Assembly: GCF_006345805.1 (NCBI RefSeq)
Contig: NC_043005.1
Location: forward strand, 3,720,001 to 3,784,000
Direction: 5' to 3'
DNA from: Octopus sinensis
Lineage: Eukaryota
Length of the DNA: 64,000 nt
In this document: one piece after another, positions 13,021 through 24,140 of the stretch
How positions within the stretch are numbered: position 1 is the first letter of the stretch
Layout of the letters: the number at the start of each line of letters is the position of its first letter
The notes under the pieces: model-generated
Databases searched by the model: none
What the model saw: the letters and a program-made list of their open reading frames with translations, nothing else
Told to the model about the DNA's origin: nothing
Translations under genes and position numbers: made by a program

Positions 13021-13705
13021 TTGTGTGTCCATAGCTTGCACCGGGTACACCTTATGGAGTTTCTACCTACATATTGAGCAGGGCTATTTCCCTGAAGGGA
13101 TTTGTGATCTGTTTCTTTTCCTATGTACAAAGACTTTGGGTTTTGCTAAATTAACTCTAAGGCCCTTTGATTTCACATCTGAAATTTCTTCTCTGTTTCT
13201 AACCCTGACCCTATTTCTAATAGTGATTCAGCAATAAGAACAAGGCCCTCAACATATATACATATATATATATATATATAAAATCGTTTAACATCCATAT
13301 TATTCCATACTGGCATTGGTTGGACAGTTCAATATGAATTGATGAGTTGCAGGGCTAATCCCTAATGTCTGTTTTGTCTTGGTTTCTATGGCTTGGTGTC
13401 CTTCCTAATGCCAACCACTTTACAGAGTTGACTGGGTACTTTTTTGTGTCACCATCAGCTTGCAAAACTCCAAACTCCAAAGGAGCAGCTTTACACTAGG
13501 ATATGGGGATAAAGTATAAGAGAAAGGGGCCAGAGCAGAACGGGTTTCTTGCTGTAGAGAAGATATATGGCTACTCATATTTTAGAAGAGAGAAATGAAA
13601 CGGTTGAACTGGAGTTGGTAAGAAAAAAAATAGTGGTGATGAGTGTTAGGGTGGTCCCTCAGGGTACAAACTGGGTAGAGGTTGCACTGTATCATAGATC
13701 TATCT

Positions 13706-13938
13706 GTTTACATTATTTACATTTGACGGATATTTGTCCTCATCTTGTTTGTTGTTAACACAACATTTCGGCTGATATACCCTCCAGCCTTCATCAGGTG
13801 TCTTGGGGTAATTTCAAACCTGGGTTCTCATTCCTAAGGTATTTTTTGATGTTATTATTATTCAGGTCATTGCCTGGAATCGAACTCAGAATCTTGGGGT
13901 TAGTAGTCTGCTCTCTTAATCACTACGCCATATGCCCG
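13706..13938 (-). mobile_element. tRNA/hammerhead family, copy C (best preserved, begins at the tRNA-like +1)
   Basis: Reverse complement: GGGCATA TGGCGTAGTGA (A box)...GTTCGATTC (B box)...AATACCTTAGGAATGAGAACCCAGG...hammerhead...GATGAGGACAAATATCCGTCAAATGTAAATAA. Confidence 0.75.
13757..13802 (-). ncRNA. minimal type-I hammerhead ribozyme motif
   Basis: GACAC CUGAUGA A GGCUG GAGGGUAUAU CAGCC GAAA UGUU GUGUU. Both core boxes are intact, stem II is 5 bp, stem I is GACAC:GUGUU, and stem III is a loopless near-palindrome as described for PLE minimal hammerheads. Activity is not shown. Confidence 0.6.
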
Positions 13939-14121
13939 TTCCTCCATCTGTCAGAGGAGAAGGAAGTGATACGCCAGGAGATATGACCCTTGAAACTGAA
14001 AGTGTCTTGACAAAGTTTGTTGAAAAGCTCCTGGGTCATCTTTTAATTCTGATCTGTTTTGAATAACAACAGCATTACTAGATCAATCTTTGTCTGAGCC
14101 TGTTTGTTGTTCTGATTGTAG

Positions 14122-14270
14122 GTTAACAGTATTTTGAGACATGTTGGAGAAATTTTAGGCTACACAAATGACGAACAGTTAGTTGAGCTCTACCAAAAGA
14201 CTGCTTGGTACTTTGATGAAAAGCTAAACAAGCCTGGAGCCTCATACGATGTCTTTAAGCATGCTGTCAC
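14122..14270 (+). CDS. EIF2S1: eIF2-alpha coding exon 3
   Basis: ttgtag|[51 protein letters not shown]|gtaagt. 149 nt. Confidence 0.95.
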
Positions 14271-15449
14271 GTAAGTTAGCTTTTCACTTATCTTACATTT
14301 TTGTCAACATTTCTTATAAAATGATCACAGGATCTTGCTTGATAAACCCTCTCACCCATCTTGACATCAACCTGCCTAAGTCTACTTCTGGTCCGATGAT
14401 AACAAGCTTCCTTGTTTTGGAGTGATTTAACCCTTTGCCATTCCGATGCTTCTGTCAAATATAATGCTTCCTTTTTCACCATCTTATATCTTTGAGATTT
14501 CAATGATGAGATTGTTTATTTTTAGAATGTCATTGTAAGGTAGGTGTGAGAGGCCGGACCTGGCTGGTTTGAACATAAAACAGATGGAATATTTAAGCTG
14601 AATATGGCTGGCTTAAATGCTAATGAATTAAATTAAGACTTCTCATTAAAATTTCATATTGATTTTTGTTCCAAACACCAAATAACAACCAAGATATTTT
14701 ACTAAGTTCTTCTTTATTTTTAAAATTAATTGAAACAAATTCAGAATATGTTAACAGATTTCTAGTATCAAGAGACTTGTAGTGACGTCATATTCCAGTG
14801 TGCGCACATGCAACGTCATTCTTCAGTGTGCGTGTGCGGGGTTGGAGCTTTCTGGAACCTTCTGGAGGAGCATAAGGAGGTTCCCTCATGCACATGCGCT
14901 AGAGACTGAAGAATAAATTCCATAGCGTTCCTTAATAGCGTTCGGGGACTTGAGACACGGCGATAGAAGAGAAAGACGTATATTTTGAATCCTGTGATCA
15001 GCCTATTCTCCTGTCCCAGACGCTTAGGATTTAACCTGTTCTGTTGCTGCTGAATTGTTGTAAGAAGCTTACAAACGTTAGAATTCAGCCTTGCTGCGTT
15101 GAACTAGGTGGATACCAGCATACCATCGTGTGTCATTGTTGAACCAAGAGAATAAAGAATTGTATATATTTTTAAACTTGCGTTTCGTTCCTGACTGGTA
15201 GTTTCTAGAAACAAAAAGAAAGGAAATTGTGTTGCACCCAAGTTGCACCCCAAAAGTGTAAAGAAGCAACCAGTTCCCTTTACAGACTTGAAATATTAAG
15301 TTTATATCATAGAACCAAACCAGTGTCTGGCAGGATTAATCTGTTTGCTCATTTTTCCTTTCCAGTCCATATTGGCTTTCCTCCTCTGGCCATTTGGTGA
15401 TGTCATCCTCCACCACCAAAGACCACGCTTTCTATATACACTGGTTTCC

Positions 15450-15740
15450 TTAGTGGAGCTGCATGGTTTAGTGGTCCGGCTATTTCGTCCATCGTTCACC
15501 AATTTCCAGTGGTGTGTTGTGTCCTTGAGCAAGACACTTTATTTCACATTCCTCCAGTCCACTCAGCTGGCAAAAAGGGGTCGAGCCTAGATTTCAAAGG
15601 GGCCAGCTTTGTTACATTGTGTCATGCTGAATGTCTCCGAGAAATATGTTAAAGGTACACATGTCTGTGGAGTGCTCAGCCACTTGCACGTTAGTTTTAC
15701 AATCAGGTTGTTCTGTTGATCGGATCATCTGCTTCTCTCA
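15450..15740 (+). mobile_element. tRNA-derived SINE with CORE-like central segment
   Basis: Head GCATGGTTTAGTGG, then CCTTGAGCAAGACACTT...CAGTCCACTCAGCTG. Homologous copies on the - strand at about 43060-43370 and 47885-48000, and partial copies at 35345-35420 and 60190-60365. The CORE assignment is from memory. Confidence 0.5.
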
Positions 15741-15836
15741 TCCTTGTTACCAACCGAGTGCCAGCTTCCTCACATTCTCACACACACACTCCCCCTCTCT
15801 CACATACACACTGCCTTCCTCTTACAGACGCTCTCC

Positions 15837-15871
<35 letters not shown>

Positions 15872-16672
15872 TCTCTCTCTCTCACATACTCCCTTTCTCT
15901 AGCACTCTCTCCCTCTCTCTCACCTGCACATTCTGTCCCTGTTTTCTTCTCAATCATGATTTCTAGAATCAACAACATTCTTCAAATGAACCTTTCATTT
16001 CTTTTCTCTCCGTTGCCCCATCATTCTCATTTAACATCTTCTGTCTCCCATGCTGGCACCCTTTTGCACAAGACCCAATGTGCTCTGAGAGCTGCACCCT
16101 GCTCCAGTGTCTGCTGTGGCATGGGTTCCTATGGCTGGACACCCTCAATACCAACCCCTTTACACAGTGTGATGGGTGGCAATGGCAGAGGAGCCAAATG
16201 ATTTGCTTGACAAACTTTTACAAAACCTATCAATTAATAAACAGAATGAAAATTGAAAACCAGAATAAGGAGAAATCACTTGGTTACTATTTCTAGCAGT
16301 TGAAGCATTCGTGTAGAGGCTTCTTCTTTGGTGGTGTTTGTCTGAAAGGGTACAAAGCTGCAGCCACACCACCTTTTTTCTGAGAATAGTTCTCGGACTC
16401 TGATATTATTGCTCCATTTTGCCTATTTTGTTTTAAAAACAAATTTGAGGAAACTTTGGCTGCTGTCACATGTTGAGTGTTTGTAGGAAATGGTCATTGA
16501 GGGTTCCATTCCTTTAGAAATGTTGGTCAGATCTGAATTCTTCTGTTTATTCTATTACTTTTAGGCCCCCCCCCCACTTTGTAGTTCTTACAAAAGGTCT
16601 TAGTTTTTCTATTTTGATAAACAATGGTTAAACAAGTAAAAAAAAGTGTATTTGAAACTTTTGTTGTTGCAG

Positions 16673-16779
16673 AACCCCTAGTATTTTGGATGAATGTGAC
16701 ATTGAAGACGAAACCAAAAGAGTCCTTATTGAAAATATCCAGCGCCGGTTGACACCCCAAGCTGTGAAAATACGAGCTG
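16673..16779 (+). CDS. EIF2S1: eIF2-alpha coding exon 4
   Basis: ttgcag|[37 protein letters not shown]|gtagtg. 107 nt. Confidence 0.95.
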
Positions 16780-16817
16780 GTAGTGTTTTGCTTTGTTTTT
16801 ACATTGGTTACATTCGA

Positions 16818-17027
16818 TTGTTAATACAACATTTCGGCTGATATACTCTCCAGCCTTCATCAGGTGTCTTGGGGAAATTTTGAACCTAGGTCCTCATTCC
16901 TAAGGTAGTTTTTGATATTGTTGCTGTTAAGATTGCTACCTGGAATCGAACTCTGAATCTTGGAGTTAGTAGCATGTGCTCTTAACCACTACACCATATG
17001 CCTGTGGGCAATTATGGAGTGAAATTT
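16818..17027 (-). mobile_element. tRNA/hammerhead family, copy D
   Basis: Carries the PLE-proximal leader AAATTTCACTCCATAATTGCCCAC as in copy A, the tRNA head, and a hammerhead at 16823-16868 with CUGAUGA and GAAA intact (one stem I mismatch). Confidence 0.72.
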
Positions 17028-17157
17028 CCCCAAGACACTTGATGAAGGCTGGAGGGTATATCAGCTGAAATGTGTTAGCGACAAACAAGATGAGGACAAA
17101 TATCCTTCAAATGTAAATAATATACATAATTCCTCATCTCCTCAATATAGAACTGTA
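17020..17157 (+). mobile_element. tRNA/hammerhead family, copy E (inverted partner of D)
   Basis: GAAATTTCCCCAAGACAC-TTGATGA-AGGCTG...CAGCT-GAAA-TGTGTT...ATAGAACTGTA. Core C3 is changed to U, with a deletion at the cleavage site. Confidence 0.72.
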
Positions 17158-17319
17158 CTTTGCTTTCCTTTTGTTTTTACTCCTGCAGTTCTATCAACTC
17201 CTAGCATTCAATAAACTGACAAGGCTGGACTTGGCCTCGACACATCTTAATTCTGTTGTTTCTCTAATTTTGTATTTGCTCCGATTTCCTGATTAATCTC
17301 TCTTCCAATATTTATTTAG

Positions 17320-17417
17320 ATATTGAAGTTGCCTGCTACAAATACGAAGGAGTTGATGCTGTAAAAGCAGCCCTCAATAAAGGCCTGGAACTATCAACAG
17401 AAGAAATGCCAATCAAA
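17320..17417 (+). CDS. EIF2S1: eIF2-alpha coding exon 5
   Basis: atttag|[33 protein letters not shown]|gtaagc. 98 nt. Confidence 0.96.
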
Positions 17418-17689
17418 GTAAGCCATTTTCTTTCCCCCGCCAACTTCTCTCTGGTGGAATTGAGTTGTGGAAAGGTTTCAAGTTCTAATTCTTGTGACCA
17501 AACAGTTTAAAACCTTGTGAGGGGATTTGGTAGGTGGAAACTGGAAGAGGTTCTTTGTGTGTCTGTGCCTGCATATGCATGTCCCTTGCTTTGATTTTGC
17601 ATAATTATAATTATAAACAGGTTCCAAAATGCAAGCAATATCTTTTGTTTCCAATCTTCAGTGAAGACTTGTCTGTTGATGGGGGAAAT

Positions 17690-18025
17690 GATGCTGTGGA
17701 AAGAGGGAGGACTTGATGGGGATGCTGGGGTTGGAGGGACCAGTGGAGCAGCTGGAGTGCAGTGATGTGTGCATGTGTTGAGGAGGAAATGAGGAGCCTG
17801 TTCTGAAGAGGATGCTAGAGTTTGAGGTAAATGGAGAGCGAAAGTAGACCGAGGAAAGTGTGAAGGAGGAGGAGATTGGGAGGGTTGGCTTGAGAAGGGA
17901 GGACGCCCCAAACCGGACAAGATGGTGTGAGGGTGGTTGCTATGGTATTGAGGTAGATCCGGCCACCTCTGTTAACGGGGACAAAATCCAGATTCAAAAT
18001 GATGGATGGTGATGATGATGATGAT
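17690..18025 (+). mobile_element. RTE-clade LINE 3' end, degraded
   Basis: Broken frames LMGMLGLEGPVEQL / HVLRR / EPVLKRMLEFEVNGERK, ending in a (GAT)n tail. Homologous copy at about 26745-26957. Confidence 0.6.
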
Positions 18026-18123
18026 ATATAAAAATTCAACAAACTTAAATTTGATTTGATTTTTCAGTTTTTGTCTTTTGGTATTCGAAATTAATTTGTT
18101 TTTCTGACTTTCTTTCTTTTTAG

Positions 18124-18267
18124 ATCAACTTAATTGCTCCTCCCCTCTATGTAATGACCACCCAAACTCTAGAGAAGGCTGATGGCCTGCGTGCTCTCAC
18201 GAATGCTACCAATGTTGTGAAACAGGCCATCGAGAATATGGGAGGGATGTTTAACATGCAAATGGCT
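18124..18267 (+). CDS. EIF2S1: eIF2-alpha coding exon 6
   Basis: ttttag|INLIAPPLYVMTTQTLEKADGLRALTNATNVVKQAIENMGGMFNMQMA|gtaagt. 144 nt. Confidence 0.96.
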
Positions 18268-20593
18268 GTAAGTTTGAAGTTTCTATTGCTTTAGATTTGC
18301 GTAGAATTGGTGAAGTGAAGGTATTGTGTTTCTGGATCAGAAGCTACAACTGACTACATGGCTCACTTTGCCTATTGGTTAATATGTTGTGCCACTTTGA
18401 TGATCTGCTGGGACTGAAGGTAAGGAGTTGGCCCTGGGCTTGGGCTCCTGGTTCTGTTGTTATGAGGGGGTAAAACAAACAACAGACAGAAGACATTCTA
18501 TGAAAGTCTTCCAAACTAATTGTTTTCCTTCTGTAAGAAATGTTTAATTTCGTAAAACGTTTTGTGTGGATGAGTTGACATATCGGAGGAGGAGAAATTT
18601 TTAAGATCTTTGTTAATGAGGAAGCAACATGACAGGAAAACAAAACAAACGAAAAACAACTAAATCCGTATTTTCTGTGCTTCTTCTTCGTTGCTCTGAT
18701 GTTAAAGTCCAATCGTTATTCTTGCTTTGATGAATCTAGAAATGATTATCTCCCTTACAATAACTAACCACCACCAGGGGGACACAACAGAATGATAATG
18801 GGAAATTTAATCCTTTGCATCTGAGAATATATTTTAACAGGTATGATTTCATTTGACTTATTCACCTGGAAGACACAAAAATGGGGCAGCAACATGGTTT
18901 TGTGCTTATACCTCCTTATTTTCAACTGTAAACACAATCCTCGGACCATTCTCTAACAAAATCCTGCCTGCTAAAGCATACCTGTGGGTTGAAAGGGTTA
19001 AAGTTGTTCTTCATATAAAACAGATCTAGTTGTTTTTTCCCTACTAAAATTCATGTCTTCTCCTCTCTCTCCCGTTTTACTCCTTTCACCCAACCATTCT
19101 GGCCTCTCTGCGGTAATCACTTTCTCTCCTGGGAAGAGAAAGACTAGACTTGCAAAGCTCATCTAGTTCTGTCTTGTTGACAATTTACCCATCTCTCTAC
19201 AGTTGGTGCCACCTAAAGGCACACTGTAAAGTGGTTGGTGTCAGAACAAGCATCCAACTTCAGAAACCAAGTCAAACGACATGTATGAGCGCCAGTGAGA
19301 AACAACTTGGTGTTGGCTACTCATTAAGTGCATGCTGGCATAGCAGGTGTACACAGGTATATGTATGTATATCATTTAATATACAGGTGTGGTAAGAAGC
19401 TTGCTTCCCAACCACATGGCACCTTGAGCAAGTGTACTCTACTATAGCCTTGTTCCAATCAAAACCTTATTTGGTAGACAGAAACTGAAAGAAGCCTGTG
19501 TGCGTGTGTATATATGTATCCGTGTCTTTGAGTCTGTACCATGACCTAGCTGTTTGGCAAAGGTGACTGATAGAATACATACCAGGCTAAAAAAAAACAA
19601 AGAACGTCAGGGTTGATTTGTTCAGCTTCAAAAGGGTACCCCAGCTTGGCCACAGTCAAATAACTGACAAGACAATATTTAAATAAGAGCTAATAGTTCC
19701 ATGCCATGGAACTGCAGTGATTTGGCAAAACTTTGTACGACATAGCTTGTGACCTGAAACAATCCTTCGGACCCAAACGCACATGGTTCTGACCCCGAAG
19801 GATTGCTTGGAGACATAAGGCCTGTTATATAAGTCTTTAGAATTATTGTGTTTCCATTGCCTGAAACTATCAGTAGCTCATATTTAAATACTATGTATAT
19901 TAAATTTTATCTCTCACTGGATGGCCGACCTTACCTGTAATGGAACAGTAAACTCTATTATATACATACAGAAATATTGAGGGAGGAGCATGGTCGATGC
20001 CAGCACCACCTGACTGGCTCCCATGCCAGTGGCATGTAAAAAGCACCATTCGAGTGAGGCCAGTGCCACCTGACTGGCTCCCGTGCCGGTGGCACGTAAA
20101 AAGCACCCGCTACACTCTCGGAATGGTTGGCATTAGGAAGGTCATCCAGCTGTAGAAACTTTGCCAGGTCAGATTGGAGCCTGGTGCAGCCTCCTGGCTT
20201 GCCAACCCATGCCAGCATGGAAAGCAGACGTTAAACGACGATGATGATGATATATGTGTATATATATATATTTATAAAAGAGTTCTGTTTCCATGAGGCT
20301 CTGGTCGACCTGGGATTATGGTAGAAGATACTTGCCCAAGGTGCTGCATAGTAATGACTGCCTTAGAAACCAGATTGTTGAGAGGCAGATTGCTTCAGCA
20401 GATATGTCTGAGCCTGTGTAAATCATTTCAGAATATTTTCAATAATTAACTGAATTATGAGCATTTTCTGACTTGATTAGTCTCTTTAACGATATCACGG
20501 GCCCTTGTTAGGAAGTGCCAGGATTTGAACCTGTCTGTCGATACGTTAGCTTGTGTCTGTTTCGAGCCTTAAGAACTTCTTTGTTAATTGCAG

Positions 20594-20734
20594 CCGAAAG
20601 TTGTGTCCGATACTGATGAACTTGAGCTGGCCAAACATTTGGAACGCCTGGAAGAACAGAACCAAGATGTGTCTGGGGATGAGGATTCTGACGAATGTGG
20701 TGATGGCAGCGGAGATGAGATTACAAAAGAATAA
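20594..20734 (+). CDS. EIF2S1: eIF2-alpha coding exon 7 (terminal)
   Basis: ttgcag|[46 protein letters not shown]. The exons total 957 nt, giving 318 aa plus stop. Confidence 0.96.
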   Translation, partial: PKVVSDTDELELAKHLERLEEQNQDVSGDEDSDECGDGSGDEITKE

Positions 20735-20840
20735 ACAACAAAACAGAAGAAGACCTCAAAAGACAATTCATTGGACAAAGAATTTGACATTTTGTTTTGC
20801 AATCATGGACATACAACTGCCTTGTATATGCTCCAAGTCA

Positions 20841-20846
20841 AATAAA
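20841..20846 (+). terminator. candidate polyadenylation signal for EIF2S1
   Basis: AATAAA 107 nt after the stop. An alternative AATAAA is at 21694-21699. Usage cannot be determined from sequence. Confidence 0.3.
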
Positions 20847-22550
20847 AGAGAAGCTGGGAATTTTTTCAAAACCTTTAATGATAAAAATTTGCAAAAGTTC
20901 TTTCTTTCTCTTTCCCTCCTCGCGTCTGGTTTTGCTGAATGAAACATTTCTTGATCCAGTTTCTTTTTTTTTTACGGTATTTCTGGTTCCGTGGCAGTTT
21001 TCTGGTATTTATATTTGGTTTCGTAACACACACACGCGCCAATCCATGGATTGAGTTTTGTTTTACTGTGAACAACATCTGAAATAGTTTCGTTTAGGGA
21101 AATACGAACCCTGATTGCCAGCATTCAACATAAATTGACCACTTTATAGCTTTTTGAAACTTCACATTCCTTAAACTGATCGCAGACATCATCCTACTTA
21201 AGAGGACTGTCCCGGCTCTTACATGTATGAGTTGCCTCCCCTCATCCAGTTGAATATTAGAAATTTATGCAGCGAAGCAAGTTTCTCTTGATGACAAATT
21301 TAATTTCCAACGGATTCTGCACATAAATTAACCTGGAATTTTAATGGCAAATTCCTATTTAGATCACTTTGACAGGGACTGTCTCGCATTGATTGGTATC
21401 AAAAGGGCTAATGGTGAAATGTAAATTTCTTCAAAAATATTTCAAAGTCTTCAAATTAGAGATTAATTTTTAGATCCAAACTAAAGGGTAAATGTTTCAA
21501 AATTCACTTGAGGCTATTTTTGGCATAAATTCTTTCATAGAACCACTTTTGGTGTTTCTTTTGACAGTTAAATAGAATTTCTTCAGGTTGGGTTAAAGGA
21601 AAATTAAAAACACCAAAAGTTCTTTGTTAACGAAAAAAATTTTTTAAATTTTTTATTTCTATTAAAATATTAAATTATTACTAAATGAGGGAAAATAAAT
21701 GAATTTCAGTTTTGATGTCCACAGTTGCAGTGAGATTGAGCAATGAAATACCTTCCCACCCCACTTAAGAATTCTTCCATATTACAAGACCTGGTTACTA
21801 GAAAGACTAATATAAATACCCCTCTTTTATCACCAACCTTATTTCTGTTGGTAACACAACAGACACCTGGCATTCCTACTCAAAATTCAAAAAGTTTATT
21901 CTTCTGTGAAATGTCATTGAGCAACATTGGATAAAGGTTAAATATTGCAGAATGTAATTTTTTAAAATCCAATCAAATTTGAAAGTTGAGTGAAGAAAGA
22001 GAAAGACATTACTAAATGCTTAATCTAAAAATTCTTGGAATGTTTTATTTTCAAAAACATGGACAAAACGTCCATTTTTTTTTCTTTTCCTTTTTACTGG
22101 AATGTTGATTTAAAAAAAAAATTTATCTTCATACGAAAAATCTAACAATTTTTTCAATCAGAAAACTCGATTAAAAAGTGTTAGGGTTGGCTGCTAACCT
22201 GTAAAGGACTGAAATGATATGTACAGTTGACTACAGAAACTAACGGGGGTTTAATTTCAAGAGGAAACAAAAAAGGAAATGCCAGACACTGCAAAGCTTC
22301 ATTCTATATACAATTGGTTCTGAAATTATTAATGGCTTAGTTAAATATATAATTCAAAATATTAGACCCCTTTTTTTTTTTCTCTTGTTCCCACTTGAAA
22401 CAACCATATCAAGTTGTTTCACCCATTTTCTTTGACCCCAGACAATACATTGTCATAATATCTTCGAGGAAAGAGAGAGAGAGATATAGATATATATACA
22501 TACATATATAAATACGAAAGCACATTGAAAAAGTAAAAGTCTGTCAACTC

Positions 22551-22783
22551 CTATACATCATCAAAGATTCCTCTGGGCGGTTTGTGGCCCGTTCTTGTTA
22601 CTGAGCTGTATCTAGGTGGAGGTTGCGACTGCTGGTAACCCGTGGCAGCAGTTGTGTTGTGATGGCTAATGTTGATATAATCTTCTAAATTGTCAGTAGC
22701 TGTATCTCCCGTATAATCGACTGGATCAGCTTGGCGCAGAAGTTCAGTTCGATCGTTTTCATCTGGACTCCGAGGGATTTTAC
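22551..22783 (-). CDS. LMBRD2: LMBR1 domain-containing protein 2, coding exon 12 (terminal)
   Basis: tgtttag|GKIPRSPDENDRTELLRQADPVDYTGD...QSQPPPRYSSVTRTGHKPPRGIFDDV*. DRTELL and IFxDV match LMBRD2 C-termini. The exons total 2145 nt, giving 714 aa plus stop. Confidence 0.9.
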
Positions 22784-24035
22784 CTAAACAAAAATTGAAG
22801 AGGCGGAAAAAAACAAAATCTATAGTAATGGCTGATGTATGTGTTGACTCACTGATTTCTTCAGCCACACTTTATTAATCTCTTTAAGAGAGTGAAGAGG
22901 TGTGTCTTACAACTTTCAGAAAAATGCACTTTAATGAAATTTTTTAGAGATAGGTTTGCAGAGAAGCAGATTGTGAGGAATTATTCATAGTTTTAGTCAC
23001 TGGACTCTGGCCATGCTGGGGTACTGTTTTCAAGGCCTTCATTCAACAAACCAACCAGTGCTTATTTTTATAATCTCATTTACTAATCCACTATTTTACT
23101 GGTACATACCTTTATATATATATTTATAAAGGATGATTTTACACCCACAAAAAGTGAGTATACATAAATTCATTCGTATATGAAAAAACAAAATCCATAA
23201 ATGTGATTAAGGTACAAGTATCTACATCACTTGTCTAGTGTAATACAGACACACAAGGTGTGTAAATATCCTCCTGTCTAGGGTGAATCTGACTAAAGGG
23301 TCAAGGATCCCTACTTTACTCCCAACAATGTCCCCTTTCAACCTGTAAGCCAAGCTTTAGCTGGTGCAGTTTCCTTTCAATATTTCTGCAAGATGCAAAA
23401 GTAGGCAGTCACATGGTTTCTGTTTTCTGTGCCTCACTAAGTGGCAGAAACGGTTTTGTATTTTCAGCTGTGGCTGTCCACATTTATTTGTCTTTTATAG
23501 TCAAACGAAATCACATCCACTAAACAGCATGGTCATGCGCCCAAAGGATTCAGTTCTACTGGTTCTGTTGTTTAACCCTGGGTCAGACTTGATGGTGCAA
23601 ACTGATGATTAAAAACACTGTGACCAGCCCATCTGTTTAGGGGTTTTCAGGACAAAACTAAACAGTGTGTCTATTTGCTGAAGATTTTGGGATGTAATTT
23701 GAGGGAGATTTGGCTGCTGCTATTTCTAAAATAAATTGAAGGACTTTTTTGTTGGCTCATCTATACAGGAGCACTGTAAGTAACAACAGGTGTTTTATTA
23801 ATGAGGAGTATGGCATTCAAATCCACAAAGGTGTCTAGCAAAGAATTGACCTGTTTTTGAAGACCAACCCTACAGTGGTGACCCCCTAAAACCAGGTTAT
23901 GGGACTCCCAATCAACAAACATCTAAGAAATGTGTTAAGATGGCAAAAATTCAGGAAACATGCCCCTCCCCCTCAAGAAATCTAATTATTGTGTTGTTCA
24001 TAATTTCTGACAATGTGTTTGGAAGAAATCCTTAC

Positions 24036-24140
24036 CTCTGCGAGGACTTTCGGAAGATGATGGTTTAATGCCACCAAACTGGTCATTCCACATTTTCCGA
24101 CGGGCTTCTCCATCAGCTTTTCTTTCTCGACGTCTCTTTT
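24036..24140 (-). CDS. LMBRD2: LMBRD2 coding exon 11
   Basis: ttttag|EKRRRERKADGEARRKMWNDQFGGIKPSSSESPRR-G|gtaagg. 105 nt, phase 1/1. Confidence 0.9.
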
